Shown here piece by piece: positions 55,601-62,159 of a DNA stretch of 64,000 nucleotides (within the stretch, counting starts at the first letter, position 1; each line of letters starts with the position of its first letter). The translations under genes were made by a program, and so were the position numbers. Below the pieces are notes generated by a model. That model was not told the DNA's origin. It saw nothing but the letters and a program-made list of their open reading frames with translations, and searched no databases. This DNA is from Squalus acanthias (lineage: Eukaryota): contig CM059433.1 of NCBI GenBank assembly GCA_030390025.1, forward strand, positions 18,602,001 through 18,666,000, given 5' to 3'.

Positions 55601-58600
55601 AAATTTGCAGGGCTAGGGGGAAAGGGCGGGGGAGCGGGGTTAATTGGATAGCTCTTTGAAAGGGCCGAATTCACAATGGGCCGAGCGGCCTCCCTCTGAG
55701 CTGTATCATTCTACGATTTTATGAACAATAAAATAAACACCTTCTGACTCTCCAAAATGCATACCCTTTTGGAAAACAAAGCTCTAATTTGGACTAAACC
55801 CTTAACAAAACCTTATATATACTCATGGTTGGTTCAGGCTTGGCGAGGCCCTCTTGATGGACATGGGTTGTGGGTAGCACATGGTTTTCTCTCACGGTCA
55901 GGTCAGCCATTCCAGAAGCAATCTGTAAGCCTACAGTCAGATAGAGAGCGGTGAGATAGAGAGCCATTCCTCCCCATGGTTGGGTTTTATAGTCCATTTA
56001 TTTTTGAACCCCACCTCTGGGGTGGTTGCTCGCCCACAACAGGCTTCTTCAAGTACAACCCTAGGATTGATTGACACTCCATTTGTTTGCTTTCAGTGTG
56101 TTTAATCTAGCTAAGTTAGGTAGGTCTTCTGCCAGTCTGAAGCCAGATTCTGCAAGTTGCTATGGTGATGGGCCGGATTTTGCGTACGCACCCGTAGGGG
56201 CCGCGCAAGTGCCAGTTTCAGGCGTGCGAAGCGCGTGCCCAGGAAAAGTGCCTCTGCGGGTGGAGAGTTCCGCTTTTTGTACAACCTCCGCCCGCTGAAA
56301 ACCTGTCAAATTCTTACGCCTGGTAAAAGCAGCCATAAGGCCTGCTTTTACCAGCTTAAGAGTTTTAAAAAAATAGAAAAATGAAATTTGATAACTCATT
56401 TAAAATTAAAAATACTTTTCAAAAAGGTAAGTTTATTTTTAGCCCTGTAAAAATATTTAATTTTTGCAAAAAATTAAATTGTTTAAAATATTTAATTAAA
56501 TGACATTTTAATTCATTTTAAATATGTAATTTAAAAAAAATTTATTTAATGTTTTAGTGTGTTTTTAAATGTGATCCCCATTCATACTTTTGACAGTTCT
56601 GTGCATACGGACCTGTCAAAAGCATGAATGGGGATTCTCTTCTTCCATTGGTTCGCCTGGCCCACGTGATCCCAGGGGTGCTTGCGAACTGCATGCGCCC
56701 CTGGGATACTTGGGCCTCTGCGCATTTCGAAGAGGAGAGGCCCAGGATCACAAGCCACGGGATCTACGGAACCAGCAGGTAAGTTCGTAGATTTTTTCCC
56801 GATCGGAGGCATCCGCCCGCCCGATCGGAAATTCAGGGCCCATATTTTCTTTGTGCTCTTTAGCGAGGTGTAACTCTGCAGCATTTTTTGCTTCAGCCTG
56901 CCTGGAGCCAATTTTACCCTTTTTATATAACTTTTGTTTATCATATGGCCTTTACTGCAACTACCAATAGACTCAAGAAAACTTGTATCTTCCTAGGCCA
57001 ACCACTTTTGCTTGTTTTCAGTTCGAGCACTGTGATGCTGATGTGAGCATTAATATCACACTAGGAAACTAACATAAGGAATGGCTTTATTACTGCAACA
57101 ATAACCATAAATAATTAAAATAAAGCCACACCCCAATTTTATTTACGCTTACAATGATGTCCCTTTTTACCCTCCTATTCTTTTACCCTATCCTTTCCAT
57201 TCTAACTTTAGTCTTTCCTATCTCTTCTATCTGCGTTCTAACAATTTAGAATTATTTTAGATTTAAGAGTGTATAGACTCCCCCAGTTAGTCAGTGAGTT
57301 TATCTTGGTGAGTGGCTGAGCCATTTAGACCAATGAGGTACCACCTTCAGTTTCTGATTGCTGCTGAGTGTCAGCCGTGGCTCAGTGGGTAGCACACTCG
57401 CCTCTGAGTCAGAAGGTTGTGGGTTCAAGTCCCACTCCAGAGACTTGAGCACATAAAGCTAGGCTGACTCTGCAGTGCGGTGCTGAGGGAGCGCTGCACT
57501 GTCGGAGAGGCCGTCTTTCGGATGAGACGTTAAACCGAGGCCCTGTCTTCCCCCTCAGGTGGACGTAACTGATCCCATGGCACTATTTCGAAGAGCAGGG
57601 GAGTTATCCCCGGTGTCCTGGCCAATATTTATCCCTCAACCAACTTCACTAAAACAGATTATCTGGTCATTATCACGTTGCTGTTTGTGGGAGCTTGCTG
57701 TGCGCAAATTGGCTGCTGCATTTCCCACATTACAACAGTGACTACATTTCAAAAGTACTTCATTGGCTGTGAAGCACTTTGGGATGTCTGGCAGTCGTGA
57801 AAGGCGCTATATAAATGCAAGTCTTTTGTGAGTTAGATGGTCTCAGCTGAGCTGGTAGTGGAGGTGTTGAATTAGCCTAGGTGCCCCTGGGTTGTGGCCA
57901 TAGACTTTGAAGATAGGAGAAGATAGAAGGAAAAAAACGGCCAGGGTTCCTGCTGTTCATCACCATCTCTGTTAGAGGTTAGCATATGTGGATGTCGGGC
58001 AAGGACAGAACTGCAGTCAGTGGTATCTGCGCTCCTCTAATTCTGCCCTCTTGAACATCCCTGATTATAATCGCTCAACCTCTCCCAATCCGTGCCTTCT
58101 GTTGCCTAGGCCCTAAGCTCTGGAATTCCCTGCCTAAACCTCTCCGCCTCGTTTACCTCTCTTTCCTCCTTTAAGACGCTCCTTAAAACCTACCTCTTTG
58201 ACCAAGCTTTTGGTCACCTGCCCTAATTTCTTATGTGGATCGGTGTCAAATTTTTTGTCTTAAAATACTCCTGTGCAGCGCCTTGGGACGTTTTACTACG
58301 TTAAAGATGCTATATCTCAGGACATCCCAAAGCGCTTCACAGCCAATGAGATTCTTTCGATGTGTAGTCACCGTTGTAATGTAGGACCACGGCAGCCAAT
58401 TTGAGCACAGCAAGCTCCCAAAAAACAGCAGCAAGATAAATGCCCAGATCATCTGTTTTAGGTGTTAGTTGAGGGAAAAACATTGGCCAGGACACCAGGA
58501 GAACTCCCTTGATCTTCTTTGAATCACGCTATGGGATCTTTTATGTTCACCTGAGGGCAGACAGGGGCTCCTTTCAATGTGTCATCTGAAAAGCGGCACC

Positions 58601-60069
58601 ACCAGCAGTGGCAGCACTCCCTCAATAGTGAACTGATCATTTACTTCATTTAACGCTGTAAGATTCTCCTATCTTCAAAGTCTATGGCCACAAGCTAATC
58701 TTTCTGGCCGAGCTATATTGAGCAACATTAGCTGAACATGATGATGAAAAATAAGACATTGAACTGACGTGTATTTATTTTACCAGTTGTATAATTTCAG
58801 CTGTCTGGTTTTGCTGCACAGCAGAACAATAGCAACATTTCTCTAAAGGACTATCTGGTATCTCATTTTGACATCTTGGATTCCCTTCCAATAATCTTCT
58901 TGACATCAAACACTTGCAGCAGTCAAAGTCTGTAGTTTGCGAGATTTACACCACCTTTATAAAATCATTTCCATGGTAACTAGTTCATGCCGAAAATTCC
59001 CTTCATTGAAGTTATGTGAAATCAAATAGTGCACACAAGCTATAGCACCTTTTTTTAAAGATTTGCAGCGGTAGTTTATTTACTCAGTTTCTCTCATCCT
59101 CTTCCAACCCCACAACTATTTAACACCATTCAGAGATCATAAAAGCAATCAGAGAACAGTCTCCCATTATCAATGGCACAAAAGCGTTTCACACGACAAC
59201 ATTTTTTTGGCCGTGGATTTCCTTGGAGCCGCCCCCACTCTGCTGCCGCAACGCCGTCAGATGTGCAGCGGAAACTCCCGTTTAGACGCAGCTCCGAGGA
59301 AATTCCCGGCCACGGTCTTTGACGGTCCGGCCTGGCGTCAGTCGCCGGCGCAATCGCCCTGGTTTCCGTTGCTGCTCACTTTCCAATTCACAGCAGCTGC
59401 TTAGCGGGGGAAACCAGACTTCAGAGCAAGTTGCACAATTCACGCCATCGATTTCCGCGGAGTCAATGTTTGCCCAGAGCAGAGAGATTTCTAGTAAAGG
59501 TCTTGCCACTCCAGTGCACTCACAGTAGGTTGATTCGATTACACCACAGCTTTCGATAGATTACCGTAGACTGTCCGAGGCGTGAAGCTCCACAGTAATT
59601 CAGAAATCAATAAATAAAATTAATAAAACTGTAAAGTCCATTTTCTTTTATTTAGTACATTGATTACTTTGTTTAAAGAGTTTGTGGGTGGCTAATTACT
59701 ATATTATTGACCATAGCTAGTTCATACTGCAGCAGATGCCATATCCTTAATGTCTAATTCTGTCTGGCAATACTACTTTGTACAAGCTGAATAGACTAAG
59801 TGCATGACATCAATTTCTGTCCACATATGTAGCCTTGCTATTATCTGCTTTTTGTTTGCTTTTTGTTTGAATGCCTTATAAATATTGCTTTCCGTTTGGA
59901 TTTAGAGATTCAAAGATTGCGTCATCTGAAAAAATGAGAATTGGTGGAAGCACTGAACAGGTTTGGATGCAGATCTGTGAACCAACTGAGCGAGACAAAG
60001 GCAAATACACGATGGAGATTTTTGATGGCAAAACCTCTTATAAACGGAATCTTGACCTTTCTGGAGAGG
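1421..60069 (+). CDS. MYOM2: Myomesin-2 (M-protein), partial multi-exon gene: 22 internal exons, FN3 My4-My8 and Ig My9-My12
   Basis: The spliced exons read as one open frame resembling vertebrate MYOM2 as recalled (CNDAPVKICKYPVTGLFEG, IYQDDLE, CNHKP, FKCEAWTMP, SDTDGVSSSFVL, AEFQRKEFLRKQGPHFAEY, MRIGGS..QICEPTE.DKGKYT). All junctions are AG/GT with matching phases. Confidence 0.93.
1834..1979 (-). mobile_element. Penelope-like pLTR fragment containing a hammerhead-like motif
   Basis: Minus strand reads AGTT-CTGTCGA-A-AGG-acttcga-CCT-GAAA-CGTT-AACT...GATGCTGCCTGACCTGCTGAG; flanked by the direct repeat GGAACATTGGA (1823-1833, 1980-1990). Confidence 0.65.
1898..1934 (-). ncRNA. Minimal type I hammerhead ribozyme-like motif (variant core CUGUCGA)
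   Basis: Stem I AGUU/AACU, stem II AGG/CCU, GAAA, palindromic ACGU stem III. Confidence 0.5.
4855..4908 (+). CDS. MYOM2: MYOM2 exon, 54 bp (My4-My5 linker)
   Basis: Polypyrimidine tract, ctcag|CT ATT...GAA G|gtagat; (T)IYFDESREIVIYQDDLE. Confidence 0.9.
4982..5031 (-). mobile_element. 50-bp terminal fragment of the same Penelope-like family as 1834-1979
   Basis: Near-identical to 1833-1881; flanked by the 12-bp duplication ATATTATTGTAT (4970-4981, 5032-5043). Confidence 0.65.
5172..5330. mobile_element. Small palindromic MITE
   Basis: 39-bp arms 5201-5239 / 5284-5322 (1 mismatch) plus an inner stem; related sequence at 22279-22613 and ~41440-41545. Confidence 0.65.
5558..6321. mobile_element. 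Non-autonomous DNA transposon (Harbinger/PIF-like MITE)
   Basis: TIR GGCCCAGAAATT / AATTTTTGGGCC, 3-bp TSD ATT, AT-rich core; inverted relatives at 54816-55558 and 56170-56841. Confidence 0.7.
7651..8376. mobile_element. Non-autonomous DNA transposon (Harbinger/PIF-like MITE)
   Basis: TIR GGGCTGGATTTT / AAAATCCAGCCC, TSD TGG; inverted sister copy at 47672-48370. Confidence 0.75.
8845..9142 (+). mobile_element. CR1 LINE 3' end
   Basis: SRGHSFRIKGRPFRTEMRNFFSRRVINLWNSLPQRAVEA plus CR1 3' UTR. Confidence 0.85.
10336..10463 (+). CDS. MYOM2: MYOM2 exon, 128 bp (FN3 My5)
   Basis: ccatag|CG GAC...AAG|gtataa; (A)DVKSPGQPTNVHAAETSRNYIVLSWDPPDPRGREPLKYFVEK. Confidence 0.93.
10837..11508. mobile_element. 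GC-rich MITE-like element
   Basis: Ends GGCAGAAATTGG / CTAATTTCTAGTCC resemble the shared TIR motif. Confidence 0.45.
11746..11944 (+). repeat. Minisatellite, 40-bp unit x5, in the SINE tRNA head
   Basis: Unit CCCCCCCCTTGTCTCTGAGTCAGAAGATTGTGGGATCAAA, near-perfect copies. Confidence 0.95.
12140..12845 (+). mobile_element. CR1 LINE, 5'-truncated
   Basis: ORF 12157-12579 LYRALVRPHLEYCAQFWSPYLRKDILALEAVQRRFTRLIPG plus 3' UTR. Confidence 0.9.
13734..13917 (+). CDS. MYOM2: MYOM2 exon, 184 bp (FN3 My5)
   Basis: tttcag|ACT...ATT G|gtaata; TMAGSTTWQRVNMEIAARSPRLAIFDLAEGKSYEFRVYAVNNFGLSQPSASTGPVVVQERI. Confidence 0.93.
14738..15225 (+). mobile_element. 3' end of a CR1/L2-group LINE (same family as 22750-24845)
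   Basis: AAPTTLKKLDTIQDKAARLIG...SWNSLP; tail caattagggatgggcaataaatgctggcc. Confidence 0.8.
15700..16505 (-). mobile_element. Degenerate 3' part of the same LINE family
   Basis: NTIQDREARLIG...LHHWCAVAAVCTIYRIHC on the minus strand. Confidence 0.75.
16606..16780 (+). CDS. MYOM2: MYOM2 exon, 175 bp (FN3 My6)
   Basis: ttcag|AG ATT...ACA AG|gtcatt; (E)IPSPPSTVRCARNTRHSVVVHWLASKNASELIGYYIDSCLVGTNDWQPCNHKPVKYT(R). Confidence 0.93.
17440..18422 (-). mobile_element. CR1 LINE (RT C-terminus and 3' UTR)
   Basis: ISKFADDTKLG...WQMKFNAEKCEVIHFG...LVRPQLEYCVQFWAPHFR. Confidence 0.9.
18594..18715 (+). CDS. MYOM2: MYOM2 exon, 122 bp (FN3 My6)
   Basis: cattag|A TTT...CTT A|gtgagt; FVVHGLKTGHKYIFRVKAVNALGMSEESEESDPITVQAAL. 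Confidence 0.94.
18815..19035 (+). mobile_element. CR1 3' end fragment
   Basis: IWNALPDKVV...IVAFKRELD plus 3' UTR. Confidence 0.8.
21136..21323 (+). CDS. MYOM2: MYOM2 exon, 188 bp (FN3 My7)
   Basis: ccatag|CT GGC...AAA|gttagt; (T)GPSSPHGITLLDCTNDAMTLGWKLPRFTGGSDIIGYYMDHREITDLHWHESNIKAITGTVYK. Confidence 0.93.
22279..22613. mobile_element. Palindromic MITE carrying a captured 153-bp LINE RT fragment (22394-22546)
   Basis: Perfect 17-bp TIR GGGGGTAAAATTCAACT / AGTTGAATTTTACCCCC; insert is the reverse complement of 23838-23990. Confidence 0.75.
22750..24845 (-). mobile_element. Non-LTR retrotransposon (CR1/L2-group LINE), 5'-truncated, with a long RT ORF remnant
   Basis: ORF 23030-24301 (423 aa): GPDNIP, NYRPISLLSIISKVME, QFGFR, ALDIKTAFDRVWH, GVPQGSVLGP, FADD; frameshifted near the 3' end. 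Confidence 0.9.
24910..25385. mobile_element. MITE-like element
   Basis: Inverted ends CTGATTTTCCTG / CAGGAAAATCAG. Confidence 0.55.
25570..26850 (-). mobile_element. Old degenerate CR1 fragment, interrupted at 26165-26506
   Basis: LIDKLGLFSLRKKCLRGDLIEAHDILNG in ORF 25692-26069. Confidence 0.6.
26165..26506. mobile_element. Palindromic Penelope-like pLTR element with a hammerhead motif on each strand
   Basis: 146-bp arms 26164-26309 / 26323-26468 (1 mismatch); TSD TCACTCTGTTTA (26153-26164, 26507-26518); UCAC-CCGAUGA-A-GGAG..CUCC-GAAA-GCUU-GUGA. Confidence 0.75.
27205..27331 (+). CDS. MYOM2: MYOM2 exon, 127 bp (FN3 My7)
   Basis: aaaag|GTT GAA...CCA G|gtaata; VENLKEGGFYEFKVSAMNLGGVGVPSESSRPFKCEAWTMPQP. 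Confidence 0.93.
27404..27985. mobile_element. Harbinger-like MITE
   Basis: Ends GGGCTGGATTTTGCCA / TGGCAAAATCGCCC; internal homology (inverted) to 52695-53543. Confidence 0.65.
29130..29490 (+). mobile_element. Degenerate CR1 3' fragment
   Basis: gaggttttcaaaattatg...tttaaaagggaattgg...gatgggctgaatggc. Confidence 0.65.
30093..30271 (+). CDS. MYOM2: MYOM2 exon, 179 bp (FN3 My8)
   Basis: cttcag|GC CCC...AAG|gttagg; (G)PTYDLTFCEVRNHSLVMLWKPPIFTGSSAVTGYTVDICEVNSEEWRTVTEKAVTTRYLK. Confidence 0.94.
30855..31180 (+). mobile_element. CR1 3' end
   Basis: ggactgagatgaggagaaatttcttcactcagagggtggtgaacctgtggaattctct...(ctatgttt)n tail. Confidence 0.85.
31905..32019 (+). CDS. MYOM2: MYOM2 exon, 115 bp (FN3 My8)
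   Basis: cacag|GTT ACT...CCA G|gtacgt; VTKLEEGKSYIFRVHAVNAAGPGKASEPSEPVFIQARP. Confidence 0.94.
32700..32856 (+). CDS. MYOM2: MYOM2 exon, 157 bp (Ig My9)
   Basis: tttaag|GA ACC...GAA AA|gtaggt; (G)TKEITTGVDAEGNIYLSFECHDMTDASEFSWGMAYEEITDFSKVHIETEGE(K). Confidence 0.93.
33527..34153. mobile_element. MITE-like element
   Basis: Ends GGCCCCAAAATTC / GAATTTCAAGGCC. Confidence 0.45.
34430..35537 (+). mobile_element. CR1 LINE, interrupted by an antisense Deu-SINE tail (~34810-34918)
   Basis: ISKFADKTKLG...WQMKFN; LVRPQLEYCVQFWAPHFRKD; the insert reads as the reverse complement of the SINE 3' tail. Confidence 0.88.
35540..35815 (-). mobile_element. L2 LINE 3' end
   Basis: RPTVDGRVFSHLGPKLWNSL plus gcgatataaatgcaa tail on the minus strand. 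Confidence 0.75.
36236..36342 (+). CDS. MYOM2: MYOM2 exon, 107 bp (Ig My9)
   Basis: aatag|A TCC...GAA G|gtacgc; SKLIFKHPNMSDLGTYSVAVSDTDGVSSSFVLEKE. Confidence 0.94.
37245..37289 (+). CDS. MYOM2: MYOM2 micro-exon, 45 bp (My9-My10 helix)
   Basis: tttcag|AA ATG...CCA A|gtgagt; (E)MERLMTLSHEIRHP. Confidence 0.92.
37370..37600 (-). mobile_element. 5'-truncated HE1-type SINE tail
   Basis: Almost identical to 49138-49358. Confidence 0.75.
37973..38268 (-). mobile_element. HE1-type V-SINE (tRNA-derived), inserted in a GC-rich MITE
   Basis: Minus strand: A box TGGCATAGTGG, B box GGATTCGAATCC, V-domain ctgtgtggagtttgcacattctccccgtgtctgcgtgggtttcctccggg. Confidence 0.85.
39412..39548 (+). CDS. MYOM2: MYOM2 exon, 137 bp (Ig My10)
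   Basis: tcttag|CA ATC...AAG|gtaatg; (T)IPLKSELSYEVFEKGQVRFWLQTGSVSPNAHCKFIVNDLELTDTK. Confidence 0.93.
40410..41235. mobile_element. MITE-like element
   Basis: Ends GGGGGCAATTTTAA / TTAAAATTCCGGCC. Confidence 0.5.
42015..42220 (-). mobile_element. Degenerate CR1 3' end
   Basis: acaggaggaggccattcagcccctc...ccatatcccttgatacc. Confidence 0.65.
42420..42564 (+). CDS. MYOM2: MYOM2 exon, 145 bp (Ig My10)
   Basis: tcaaag|GAA CAC...GAT G|gtaagt; EHKITFDKSTGMIEMVMEQFTSKSEGTYTIQIEDGKAKNQSSLVFIGD. Confidence 0.93.
42676..42735 (+). CDS. MYOM2: MYOM2 micro-exon, 60 bp (My10-My11 helix)
   Basis: ttgtag|CA TTT...CAA G|gtaaga; (A)FKAALAEAEFQRKEFLRKQ. Confidence 0.94.
42955..43372 (-). mobile_element. 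RTE-clade LINE 3' end
   Basis: MPDTRRPKQALYSELRYGKRAPGGQRKRFKDTLKASLKKCNI..WESLAQDR..WR...CPTCDR, typical RTE C-terminus. Confidence 0.85.
43640..43707 (+). CDS. MYOM2: MYOM2 exon, 68 bp (Ig My11)
   Basis: gtctag|GT CCC...AAG|gtaaag; (G)PHFAEYMHWHVTEDCDVEMICK. Confidence 0.94.
43990..44770 (+). mobile_element. CR1 LINE, 5'-truncated
   Basis: KCEVIHFGRKN...LYRALVRPHLEYCIQFWSPYLRRD plus 3' UTR. Confidence 0.9.
44800..46418 (+). mobile_element. CR1 LINE (degenerate RT to 3' tail) containing a host-gene insert
   Basis: HPRLLREV..EDWRIANVTPLFKK, CLTNLIEIF, LVRPQPEYCVQFWAPHFRKD; tail ttctatgattctatga. Confidence 0.88.
45880..46033 (+). pseudogene. EIF4G2: EIF4G2 (DAP5/p97) coding fragment, start of the MIF4G domain, embedded in CR1
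   Basis: NEEKQDEIFRKVRGILNKLTPEKFDKHCLELLSVGGDSKLVLKGIILLIVD versus recalled vertebrate EIF4G2 NEKERHDAIFRKVRGILNKLTPEKFDKLCLELLNVGVESKLILKGVILLIVD. Confidence 0.88.
46686..46887. mobile_element. Palindromic Penelope-like pLTR element with canonical hammerheads on both strands
   Basis: 72-bp arms 46742-46813 / 46816-46887 (2 mismatches); probable TSD TGTTA(C/T)TATTTGT (46673-46685, 46884-46896); same family as 26165-26506. Confidence 0.75.
46814..46854 (+). ncRNA. Minimal type I hammerhead ribozyme
   Basis: AGUCAC-CUGACGA-A-GGAGC-agc-GCUCC-GAAA-GC-UU-GUGAUU: intact core, stems I and II, palindromic AGCU stem III. Confidence 0.7.
46995..47530 (+). mobile_element. L2 LINE 3' end
   Basis: KLQLIQNSAACILTRTKFRSPITPVLADLHWLPVRQCLEFKIL...GGRAFS; (ttg)n tail. 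Confidence 0.88.
47672..48370. mobile_element. Harbinger-like MITE, inverted sister of 7651-8376
   Basis: TIR GGGCTGGATTTT / AAAATCCAGCCC; shared internal sequence. Confidence 0.75.
48656..48769 (+). CDS. MYOM2: MYOM2 exon, 114 bp (Ig My11)
   Basis: ctacag|GTG GCA...GAG|gtaaga; VANTKKETTFAWYKDSVAVIAEEPPNAQTGECKLHISE. Confidence 0.93.
48980..49662 (+). mobile_element. CR1 3' end interrupted by an HE1 SINE
   Basis: CR1 48980-49137 resumes at ~49565 (gaggtagaagatcagccatg). Confidence 0.8.
49138..49564 (-). mobile_element. Full-length HE1-type V-SINE
   Basis: Minus-strand A/B boxes, V-domain and CR1-derived tail. Confidence 0.85.
50509..50596 (+). CDS. MYOM2: MYOM2 exon, 88 bp (Ig My11)
   Basis: ttgtag|TTC TCA...AAA G|gtacat; FSKKNMGEYKMTLKDDKGQDITILNVAGK. 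Confidence 0.92.
51272..51310 (+). CDS. MYOM2: MYOM2 micro-exon, 39 bp (My11-My12 helix)
   Basis: ctttcag|TG TAT...AGT G|gtaagt; (V)YEEIVQEISKIS. Confidence 0.88.
51699..51804 (+). CDS. MYOM2: MYOM2 exon, 106 bp (Ig My12)
   Basis: tttcag|GA CAT...CAC AA|gtatgt; (G)HSASELKIKCTPEGIRIQSFLKYYMEDMKVFWYH(K). Confidence 0.93.
51940..52520 (+). mobile_element. CR1 LINE, 5'-truncated
   Basis: ORF 51941-52522 YRALVRPHLEYCVQFWSP...; (ctatgttt)n tail. Confidence 0.9.
52695..53543. mobile_element. Harbinger-like MITE
   Basis: TIR GGGCTGGATTTT / AAAATCCAGCCC; flanks AAC/AAT. Confidence 0.7.
53865..55725 (+). mobile_element. CR1 LINE interrupted by a MITE
   Basis: WWMQFNAEKCEVMHF...LVRPQLEYCV; resumes after 55561 (ctttcaaaagggaattgg). 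Confidence 0.85.
54816..55558. mobile_element. Harbinger-like MITE nested in CR1
   Basis: TIR GGGCCGGATATT / AAAATACGGCCC; TSD AAT. Confidence 0.8.
56170..56841. mobile_element. Harbinger-like MITE, same family as 54816-55558
   Basis: Colinear with 54816-55558; ends GGGCCGGATTTT / AAATTCAGGGCCC. Confidence 0.75.
57370..57826 (+). mobile_element. Full-length Deu-domain SINE (SacSINE1-like)
   Basis: A box TGGCTCAGTGG, B box GGTTCAAGTCC, Deu core gatgagacgttaaaccgagg...gatcccatggcactatttcgaagagcagggg, L2-type tail ggcgctatataaatgcaag. Confidence 0.85.
58040..58315 (+). mobile_element. L2 3' end
   Basis: ggccctaagctctggaattccct...ccttaaaacctacctctttgaccaagcttttggtcac. Confidence 0.75.
58318..58635 (-). 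mobile_element. Deu-SINE fragment
   Basis: Degenerate reverse complement of the 57480-57790 segment. Confidence 0.7.
59906..60069 (+). CDS. MYOM2: MYOM2 exon, 164 bp (Ig My12)
   Basis: atttag|A GAT...GAG G|gtaagc; DSKIASSEKMRIGGSTEQVWMQICEPTERDKGKYTMEIFDGKTSYKRNLDLSGE. Confidence 0.94.
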
Positions 60070-62159
60070 GTAAGCCACTCATTCAGAATGTGATTCTTAT
60101 GCTAAAGTCAGACAGATGTTAAAAAATATCAAATGTATGGATTCCTCTATACTATCCTTAATAAAAGGTCATTTATATATTTGGAATGTAATTGAGAAGA
60201 TTTGAATTAACTACTATTTATAGTTCTTGTCAATGATATGTCAACTGCCTTGATAAAAATATAACACAGCTTCATTTATGCCTAAAATACGTTTCCATTC
60301 CACTCTCAGTCACAGTTTTCTTTAGGCTGGTTACATCCTATTTACAGGATTTTTCCAGAGAATTGGACTGGCTGATTAGTTTCTCAGACGGAATACTCTA
60401 AACACTTGGGTTATCAGTAAGAAAAACAGTGGAACCTTGAACTGTGTGTTTTGGATTTGTTTCTGAATTTGACCCAATTCAGAATTGGATGTGCTTCAGA
60501 TCACTTGACCTTTTCTTCATTCCGTTGTTTGATTTTTTTTCTCTCCCCGCCACCCCACAAACTGTAGACCCCATCGCAAGGGCCCATAATTTGCGCTCAG
60601 CGGTGATGCAACGGCGATCGTCGCTGACCTCGAAGAAAGCTGCCCACAGAGTTCTCGCGATCTCTGTGGCGAAAACGTGAGGTTTCTCGACGTGTGATCG
60701 ATTGTAGCGTTATGAAAAGGGGATTCCTAGCGTAGAGCAGCATGATGTCATCAATCTGTCTAAGCAGCCAATCACATTGAAAAATTCTCAGACAGCAAAC
60801 CAGGAAATAAAATAGCACTTTTTAAAAATGTTAGAGAGCGAAATAAAGATTGTGACATACACATGGGGTTACGGTAGAAGCTGAAATATCATGAACAAAC
60901 TTTAAATTTTTTTTTTAAACCTAGTAACCTTTATCATAATGAAGAAATTTGACATGCCACAAATATATAATTAATTTTTCAGGGCCAGAACGGTTATTTA
61001 GCAGTCAATACGTTGTTAAAACCCCAGTTACATCTATTCCAACAAGGCTTAACATTTAACAGGATGTTTAACAGCGATATTAGCGCAGAAAGCTCAAGTT
61101 TTCGTCAGTTCCACTGATTTCACTGCTTGCCGGCTAGGGGGTTTCCACAGCGCAACCTGTGTCGGAGCAGTGAATGACTGACCGCAACTTCAGGATTTCC
61201 AAGTTTAGTTGCGCATGCACGAACATAGGAACAGAAGTAGGCCATTCAGCCCCTCAAGCCTTTTGCGGCATTCAATTAGGTTGTGGCTGATCTGTATCTT
61301 AACTCCATCTAGAGCTCAGCAGTTCAAGGGTGATGTCAGGAAGCACTTCTTCACACAAAGGGCAGTGGAAATCAAAAGAAAAGCAATCTGTTAGTGTAAT
61401 TTTTAATTATTTTCATTAAATTGTTGGTTTAATCAATTCTGACCCATTTGTCTTGTAGTTGAAGTGGTTCGGAGTCCTTGGCAGACCTTTACTGGCTATG
61501 TATTTGAGTCTCTAGAATTCCATTGTGAATACATCGGTCACTGGAAGAATAGTGGCAAGAATGTGTCTGCGGTCTCTGGCAGTCAAGCGGTCAGGATTGG
61601 CTCAAGTGACCAGAAGTCTAGAGACGGAAGCTCCAAATTTCCTTGAGGGTTCTGCCGGACTCCCGCTGTACCTCTGGCAGAACCCTCTGGAAAACACCAG
61701 GTGCCCAGTTGTGCAGGGTCGCCACCGTTTTAGGGATGTTCCGTTGGCCTGGAAAGGGATAGAACCTTTGCCCCTCCCGCCCCTTACAAGACAAATGATG
61801 TGAGGGGGCGGCCCCAGGGCAGAGCTGGGGAACAGAGCGTGTTCTCGCTCCGCCAGCTCGGCCGGGACCTGATGTTGGTATGCTGAGTGAGAGAATACTG
61901 AGCTCCAGACGGGTGGAAGTGGACTTCACCCGGCAAGGGCAGTGGCCTGAACCCTTGAAGAAATAGGATTTTTTTTAACATGTATTGGATTAGTCCTCTT
62001 GCATAAGAGGACTGAAGAAGGGAAGCTGGTTGGAGTCTTGGGGGAAAGGTGGGTTCTAGGTGACCCACCCCAGTGGCAGGCAAGTGCCAGATTTTACATG
62101 GGATCAGGCAGGTGCCTGAGAGCTGCCCGTAGTGGCGCAGGTGCCCGCTGGCTTCATGA

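Noticed and set aside
57370..57445. tRNA gene
   Set aside because: The A/B boxes continue into a Deu-SINE body and tail, so this is a SINE head; the same applies to the HE1 heads
1421..60069. MYOM1, MYOM3 or titin/MyBP-C identity
   Set aside because: Recalled diagnostic motifs (DAPVKICKYPVTGLFEG, IYQDDLE, RKEFLRKQGPHFAEY) fit MYOM2; a phylogeny would settle it
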